Source: Lacunisphaera sp.
GTDB lineage: Bacteria > Verrucomicrobiota > Verrucomicrobiia > Opitutales > Opitutaceae
NCBI GenBank assembly: GCA_029945445.1
Contig: JAQSCO010000014.1
Coordinates: 161,755-225,754, forward strand
Length of the DNA: 64,000 nt
Direction: 5' to 3'
Shown here: piece after piece, positions 58,624 to 64,000 of the stretch
How positions within the stretch are numbered: the first letter of the stretch is position 1
How the letters are laid out: the number at the start of each line of letters is the position of its first letter
Program-made: the position numbers and the translations under genes
Notes under the pieces: model-generated
The model's database searches: none
What the model was told of the DNA's origin: nothing
The model's input: the letters and a program-made list of their open reading frames with translations, nothing else

Positions 58624-59826
58624 ATGGACGCCCATTACGTTGAATTCCTGAGCATGCTGGTGCGCTGGCTGCACGTGATCGCCGGCATCGCGTGGATCGG
58701 CTCGTCCTTCTACTTCATCTGGCTCGACAACTCGCTCGACGCGCCGGCGCCCGGCTCCGACCTGGCGAAGAAGGGCGTGGGCGGCGAACTCTGGGCCGTG
58801 CACGGCGGCGGCTTCTACAATCCCCAGAAATACCTCGTCGCGCCGGCCGCGCTGCCGGAAAAGCTCCATTGGTTCAAGTGGGAGGCCTACACGACGTGGC
58901 TCTCCGGTACCGCGCTGCTCGTGTTCGTCTACTGGCTCAAGGCCGGAGCGATGATGGTCGACGCCAATGTCAGGGCGCTCACGCCGCTCCAGGCCGTCGG
59001 CATCGGGGCGGCGAGCATGGTGGGTTCGTGGGTCTTCTACGACCTGCTCTGCAAATCCCCGCTCGGCCGGCGCGACGGCCTGCTCGGCCTCGTGGTCTTC
59101 GTCTTCATCGGCGCGCTGAGCTGGGCGCTCGCGCGCACGCTCGGCGGCCGCGCGGCGTTCATCCACGTCGGCACGGCCATCGGCACCATCATGGCGGCGA
59201 ACGTCGCGATGGTCATCATCCCCGGCCAGCGGCGCATGGTCGCGGCGATGAAGGCGGGGCGGGCACCGAATCCCGAGGACGGCCAGCGCGCGAAGCAGCG
59301 CAGCGTGCACAACAACTACTTCACACTCCCAGTGATCTTCATCATGGTGAGCCACCACTACGCGTCGACCTACAGCCATCCCTATAACTGGGCGGTGCTG
59401 ATGCTGATCGTGGCCGCGGGCGTCGTCATCCGGCATTTTTTCAACCGCAAGCACAAGGGCGTCTACGCGTGGCAGTATCCCGCGCTCGGCGCCGGGTTGC
59501 TGGCGATCGTCGCGTGGTGGACCGCGCCGCACCCCTTGCCGCTGCCGCCGGTGGTGGGCCCGGTGACGTTCAACCGCGTGCGCGCCATCATCGGCGAGCG
59601 CTGCGTCACCTGCCATTCGCCGCAGCCGACCTTCCCGGGGTACACCGCGCCGCAGGCCGGCGTGCTGCTGCACACGCCCGCGGACATCGTGCAGAATTCG
59701 CAGCGGCTGTATCAGCAGGTCATCGTCACGCGCATCATGCCGCTCGGCAACCTGACCAAGATCACCGACGAGGAGCGCGCCGTCCTCGCCGCCTGGGTCA
59801 AGGCTGGCGCGAAGATGGAGCCGTGA
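58624..59826 (+). CDS. puuD: Membrane urate hydroxylase PuuD with C-terminal cytochrome c
   Basis: RWLHVIAGIAWIGSSFYF, WAVHGGGFY, LHWFKWEAY, SVHNNYFTLPV, heme motif CVTCH, MPLGN.T. Confidence 0.9.
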   Translation: MDAHYVEFLSMLVRWLHVIAGIAWIGSSFYFIWLDNSLDAPAPGSDLAKKGVGGELWAVHGGGFYNPQKYLVAPAALPEKLHWFKWEAYTTWLSGTALLVFVYWLKAGAMMVDANVRALTPLQAVGIGAASMVGSWVFYDLLCKSPLGRRDGLLGLVVFVFIGALSWALARTLGGRAAFIHVGTAIGTIMAANVAMVIIPGQRRMVAAMKAGRAPNPEDGQRAKQRSVHNNYFTLPVIFIMVSHHYASTYSHPYNWAVLMLIVAAGVVIRHFFNRKHKGVYAWQYPALGAGLLAIVAWWTAPHPLPLPPVVGPVTFNRVRAIIGERCVTCHSPQPTFPGYTAPQAGVLLHTPADIVQNSQRLYQQVIVTRIMPLGNLTKITDEERAVLAAWVKAGAKMEP

Positions 59827-59887
59827 GGGCGCTTAAGCCACGGTGCCGGCTCGACGCGGCGCGGGCGCCGCATTGAGTCTGACCACC

Positions 59888-61291
59888 GTGCCGACCATCG
59901 CCACCAGTCCCGCGCCTTGGGTGCGCCGCCAGCTCATTCGCCGCAGCATGCGCATGAGTGCGCTGGAAGGCGTGCTGGCCATGCCGCTCGTTTACATCTG
60001 CCTGCCCGGCAACCTGGTGCTCGCCGCGCTGCTTAGCCGCGGGCTCGGGCTGCCGCCGGACAGCTACGGGTGGATCGTGTCGCTGCCTTACTGGTGCAAC
60101 TGCGCGCAGCTGGCGCTGATGCCTTTCATCCTGCGCCGATTCTCGGCGCGGCAGGTGTTCCTCGGCCTGCTCTGGGCCAACTCGGCCTGCTGGCTGGTCT
60201 TCGCGGCGGTGCTTTGGTGGCACGGCGACTGGGTCAAGGCGCACGCGGTGAACGTCGCCGGCTGGTTCGTCTTCGCTGGCAGCCTCACCGTCGCGCTGGC
60301 CGGCGTGGCGTGGACAATGTGGATGCACGCGTGGGTGCCGCCGCGGATGCGCGGGGCCTATTTCTCGCAGCGCAACCGGCTGTGCCAGTGGTCCAACTTC
60401 CTCTTCCTGCTCGTGGCCGGCTGGCTGCTGGTCGACCCGACGCCGGCGGCCTTCGCGGTGGTGATCGGCGGGGCGGCGCTCGTGCGCGGCGCCTCCGCCG
60501 TGGCCGCGCACAACGCACCGGCGCCGGGCGACCCGCCGACCCCGGCCGGCCCTTCGCTGCGGGCGCAGTGGCAGGTGCTGAAGGCGGCAAAGTCCTTCCG
60601 GCAGTCGGTGGTGTTCGGCGCGGCGTGGGGCTTTGTGCTGAATGGCTTCGGTGCGTTCCAGCCGGTGTTCATGCTGCAAAGCCTCAGCGACTCGCCCCGC
60701 AGCGCGAGCCTGCCGCTGGCGCTCTCGCTGCTCTTCGGCGCGCTGGCGCTGCCGGCGTGGGGCCGGCTGATCGACCGCCATGGGGCGCGGCCGGTGCTGA
60801 TGTGCGCCGTGGGCTTCTGGGCGCTGGCGGGGCTGCCCTGGATCTTCGTCACGCATGAGACGGCGGGGCTCCTGTATGTGGCGTGGGCGCTGGCCGGCAC
60901 CGCCAACGCAGGCATTGCCCTCGGCCAGCTCAACCTGCTCATGAAGCTCGTGCCCGCCGGCGCGAAATCGCTGGCGGTGGGCCTCAACACCGCCGCGGCG
61001 GCGCTCGGCATGGCCGTGGCGCCCATCTTCGCGGGGCAGCTGCTCGCCTGGGCCCTCGGGCACGACTGGCCGGCCGACGTGGTCTTCCACGGGTTTTTCC
61101 TGACGCTGCCGCTGTTCGCCACGGGGGCGGTGCTGTTCCTGCGCCGCGTGCAGGAGCCGCGCTCGGCGCCGGTCGAGCATGTTCTCGGTGCGCTGCGCAA
61201 CTACCGCGTGCTGGCCGCGACGCTCGGCCTGGGCTTCCTGGCGCAGACGCTGTTCACGCCGCGCGGCGAGTCGAAGCGCAGCGAGTATTGA
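59888..61291 (+). CDS. MFS transporter
   Basis: About 12 TM segments, RGAYFSQRN and WGRLIDRHGARPV motifs. Start uncertain (59843, 59888 or 59948). Confidence 0.82.
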   Translation: MPTIATSPAPWVRRQLIRRSMRMSALEGVLAMPLVYICLPGNLVLAALLSRGLGLPPDSYGWIVSLPYWCNCAQLALMPFILRRFSARQVFLGLLWANSACWLVFAAVLWWHGDWVKAHAVNVAGWFVFAGSLTVALAGVAWTMWMHAWVPPRMRGAYFSQRNRLCQWSNFLFLLVAGWLLVDPTPAAFAVVIGGAALVRGASAVAAHNAPAPGDPPTPAGPSLRAQWQVLKAAKSFRQSVVFGAAWGFVLNGFGAFQPVFMLQSLSDSPRSASLPLALSLLFGALALPAWGRLIDRHGARPVLMCAVGFWALAGLPWIFVTHETAGLLYVAWALAGTANAGIALGQLNLLMKLVPAGAKSLAVGLNTAAAALGMAVAPIFAGQLLAWALGHDWPADVVFHGFFLTLPLFATGAVLFLRRVQEPRSAPVEHVLGALRNYRVLAATLGLGFLAQTLFTPRGESKRSEY

Positions 61292-61297
61292 GCGGGG

Positions 61298-61460
61298 TCA
61301 GGGTTTCAACGCGGCCAGCACGGCCGCGTGCAATTCCGGGGTGGCAGCGGCAACCGTGGACTCCGCCGGGTCGGCCGCGCCGGCCGAAGAGCGGACGGAT
61401 GAAATCCCCGCTGGCCCGGGCGAGCCCATGGGTGAAGTCGCGGTAAGGCGTCAGATCCAT
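61298..61460 (-). pseudogene. hisN: Internally deleted hisN-like (inositol monophosphatase family) gene
   Basis: ATG 61460 reads MDLTPYRDFTHGLARASGDFIRPLFG; a different frame ends ADPAESTVAAATPELHAAVLAALKP* (TGA 61298-61300). Both resemble IMPase-family termini; the catalytic middle is missing. Confidence 0.62.
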
Positions 61461-61470
61461 GGCAGAGGAT

Positions 61471-61532
61471 GGCCCACGAAATGCACGAAAGGGACACGAA
61501 TATTTTCGTGGGTTTCGTGGGTTTCGTGGGCC
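61471..61532. repeat. Inverted repeat with nonamer-periodic CACGAAA arms
   Basis: GGCCCACGAAATGCACGAAAGGGACACGAA, TATT loop, then (TTCGTGGG[T/C]) x3; outer 11 bp are a perfect inverted repeat. Confidence 0.85.
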
Positions 61533-61544
61533 ATAACTTTGGGA

Positions 61545-62210
61545 ATGCCTTGGTCCGACACACCGATCCACTTCATCGACTTCGAGGGCAGCACCGGCTC
61601 GGGCATCCTTGAATTTGGGGTGGTGACGCTGCGCGGGAGCGCCATCGTGGAAACCCGCACGCGACTCTGCCGCGCCACCGGGTGCGTGGCGGCGGAAGAC
61701 ACGGCGGTGCACGGGCTGCGGGCGGAATCCGTCGCGGCGCAGGCGCCCTACAGGGACGAGTGGGAATACTTCGCGGGGTTGCGCGAAACCGGCCCGTTGG
61801 CGGCGCACTTCGCGCACGCGGAGAACCACCTGCTCAAGTCGGTGTGGGCCTATCCGCGCACCGCGCCGGACTTCGCGCGGCCGGGCGGGACCGCGACCGA
61901 GTGGGGCCCGTGGATCGACACCGGCCGGCTCTACCCGCAATTCTTCCCGCAGCTCGGCGACGGCAAGCTCGAGCAGCTCGTCGCCGGGACGGGCCGGCAG
62001 GCGGAGCTCGACGCGCTCGCCGCCGCGCACTGCCCGGCGGGCCGCCGGCAATATCACGCGGCGCTCTACGATGCGCTCGGCGGCGCGCTGCTGTTGCGCG
62101 CGCTGCTCCAGCGGCCGGAGTTCGCCGCGGCGACCATTCCATGGCTGCTCCAGATGAGCACGCTCGACGCGGACAAGCGTGGGGCGCTGCAGCAGGGGGA
62201 TTTATTCTAA
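61545..62210 (+). CDS. DnaQ-like DEDDh 3'-5' exonuclease
   Basis: Start ATG 61545; ExoI FIDFEGS, AVHGL, ExoIII HAALYDA. Confidence 0.85.
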   Translation: MPWSDTPIHFIDFEGSTGSGILEFGVVTLRGSAIVETRTRLCRATGCVAAEDTAVHGLRAESVAAQAPYRDEWEYFAGLRETGPLAAHFAHAENHLLKSVWAYPRTAPDFARPGGTATEWGPWIDTGRLYPQFFPQLGDGKLEQLVAGTGRQAELDALAAAHCPAGRRQYHAALYDALGGALLLRALLQRPEFAAATIPWLLQMSTLDADKRGALQQGDLF

Positions 62211-62313
62211 GCAGAGGTCACGGAAACGCGGAAGAGGATGTTTATGGTCTTTCCCGCGAGCGTGCCGCGCCTTCTGGCTGGAAAGAATGGGTCGTGTGCT
62301 TCTAGATACGAAA

Positions 62314-63249
62314 ATGAAAAAGGCTTGGATCGTGGGCATATGGTTTCTGTTTGTAAGCGGTCACTTGCTCGTGAGCGCAAAGGATGAGCGCAACGAATTT
62401 CTTGATGAGGCGCGCAAGTTAGAAGCGCGCAAAGCCACGATAGAGGCTGAACAAAGTTATCGATTGGCAATCGGTCATGCACGGCAAAAGCTGTCCGAAC
62501 AGGCGCTCTCCGATGCGATGTATTCCTTAGGCCAGTTTTATCGGAGAATCGGCCGGCACTCCGATGCAGTGACCGAATTGAGCGATTCGTTGCGCATTCA
62601 GGAGCATTTGACGGGCGGCGAGGATGTGCGCACGGGGCGACGCCTGGCCGAACTGGCTGCCGCTTACCTGCAGAATCGCGAAGTGGGCGAAGCCCGGGCG
62701 GTGTTGGGGAAACTTAAGCCGATCGCGTCCAAATATCGGGGAGAAGAAAAGAAATTTGTGGATGGGTTGTTCAAGGCCATGGATGAGCTGACGAAGTCGA
62801 CCGATAAATTCTTGGAAATTTCCGCTGCGGCAGCCAAGGGAGACCGCGAAGCTCGCTACGCATTGGCGGCGTGTTATGAAGATGGGATTGGTGTGACGGC
62901 CGACAGCCGCAAGGCGCTCGAACTCTTCAGCGCCTTGGCGAATCAGGGACATCTCGAGTCGCAGTTTTACATGGGTGTCATGTATGACAAGGCGCGCGGC
63001 GTGTCGCGCGATGCGGTAAAAGCTGCGGAGTGGTATGGCAAGGCGGCAGAAGGTGGGCTAGCCGTCGCACAATACAATTACGCCGTTTTTCTCGCGGCCG
63101 GCGATGGTGTGCCGAAGAACTTGGCGGAAGCCTTGCATTGGGCGAAGAAAGCCCAAGAAGGCAAATATCCAGGAGCCACGCGCGCAGTCACTATCATTGA
63201 ACGCGACTTGGCCACACAGAACGCCGCGGCTCCAGGTTCAGCCCGATAA
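62314..63249 (+). CDS. Exported TPR + Sel1-repeat protein
   Basis: Likely start ATG 62314 (MKKAWIVGIWFLF signal); TPR-like LSDAMYSLGQFY; three Sel1 repeats; lower GC than flanks. Confidence 0.82.
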   Translation: MKKAWIVGIWFLFVSGHLLVSAKDERNEFLDEARKLEARKATIEAEQSYRLAIGHARQKLSEQALSDAMYSLGQFYRRIGRHSDAVTELSDSLRIQEHLTGGEDVRTGRRLAELAAAYLQNREVGEARAVLGKLKPIASKYRGEEKKFVDGLFKAMDELTKSTDKFLEISAAAAKGDREARYALAACYEDGIGVTADSRKALELFSALANQGHLESQFYMGVMYDKARGVSRDAVKAAEWYGKAAEGGLAVAQYNYAVFLAAGDGVPKNLAEALHWAKKAQEGKYPGATRAVTIIERDLATQNAAAPGSAR

Positions 63250-63263
63250 TATAACGACGAGAA

Positions 63264-64000
63264 TTACAGGCCGTGCTGGTCGACGAGGTAGACGAGCGAG
63301 GCCAGTGCGGCGGCGCCGAGCTGCAGCTCGCGCGGGTTCACCTTGTCGATGCTGTCCTCGGTCGTGTGGTGGAGGTCGAAATAGCGCTGCGAGTTCGGCA
63401 GCAGGCCCGCGATGGCGCCGCCTTGGGCCAGCAGCGGGTGGACATCCGAGCCGCCGAGGCCGGAGACGAAACTGGTGATGCCGTAGGGCTCGAAGAGCGG
63501 CAGCCAGCGGGCGGCGAGGCGGTGGGCGTTGTCCGTGGAGTTGCCGATGGCAAAGCTGTGGGGCTGGAAGCCGCCGGTGTCGGTCTCGAGGGCGAGCAGG
63601 TGGACCTCGCGTTTCTCGGCGGCCACGCGGGCGTATTCGGTCGCGCCGCGGAGGCCGTTCTCCTCGTTGACGAAGCAGACGCAGCGGATGGTGTGCTTCG
63701 GCACGTAGCCGGCGGCCTTGAGCAGGCGCAGGACTTCGATGGACTGGACAATGCCGGAGCCGTCATCGTGTGCGCCGGGGGCGATGTCCCACGAATCGAG
63801 ATGGCCGCCGACGAGGATGACCTGCTCGGGGTGCTCGGAGCCGCGGAGCTCGCCGATGACGTTGTGCGAGGGGGCGTCGTCGAACCACTGGGAATGAATC
63901 TCCATCGACACGCGCCGCGTGGCATCGGCCTTGAGCGCGGCGCTGAGTTTGTCCGCGGCCAGCGTGCTGAGGGCGGCGGCGGGGATGCGCGGGACGTCGG
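63264..64000 (-). CDS. M28 family aminopeptidase (carboxypeptidase Q-like), 5' end outside window
   Basis: GGHLDSWD, GAHDDGSG, NEENGLRG, LETD, YFDLHHT zinc ligands; frame continues to the window edge. Confidence 0.9.
   Translation of the reverse strand, partial: DVPRIPAAALSTLAADKLSAALKADATRRVSMEIHSQWFDDAPSHNVIGELRGSEHPEQVILVGGHLDSWDIAPGAHDDGSGIVQSIEVLRLLKAAGYVPKHTIRCVCFVNEENGLRGATEYARVAAEKREVHLLALETDTGGFQPHSFAIGNSTDNAHRLAARWLPLFEPYGITSFVSGLGGSDVHPLLAQGGAIAGLLPNSQRYFDLHHTTEDSIDKVNPRELQLGAAALASLVYLVDQHGL

Overview
Very GC-rich bacterial chromosomal window. Gene content (DUF5069, PocR-AraC regulator, long single-chain PFOR, type II secretion cluster, mostly SD-less starts) suggests Opitutaceae/Verrucomicrobiota; this is inference. 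I support about 50 protein-coding genes, mostly core or envelope genes, a split T2SS locus, PFOR, aromatic amino-acid genes, rng/rodA/rny, queF and puuD. I found no tRNA, rRNA, CRISPR array, integrase or transposase. Best leads: (1) a bshC-bshB1-bshA bacillithiol-type cluster whose BshC is a 257-aa minimal core, at the end of a co-oriented DUF2911 x2 / exported PIG-L deacetylase / micro-protein / Na+:solute symporter run; (2) a Phe/Tyr leader-peptide attenuator (29 aa, five UUU plus two Tyr codons) before aroF-pheA; (3) three kinds of intergenic palindromic elements: GTRG-type REP doublets, AT-rich TAWTA-centred doublets, and hairpins whose arms are 7-9-nt tandem repeats, one apparently inserted in frame in gspE and one supplying the symporter stop codon; (4) decay relics: an internally deleted hisN-like gene, an orphan hsdS half, and a frameshifted AT-rich mini-gene. 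Family assignments come from motif recognition by eye; no database search was run, so novelty is unverified.
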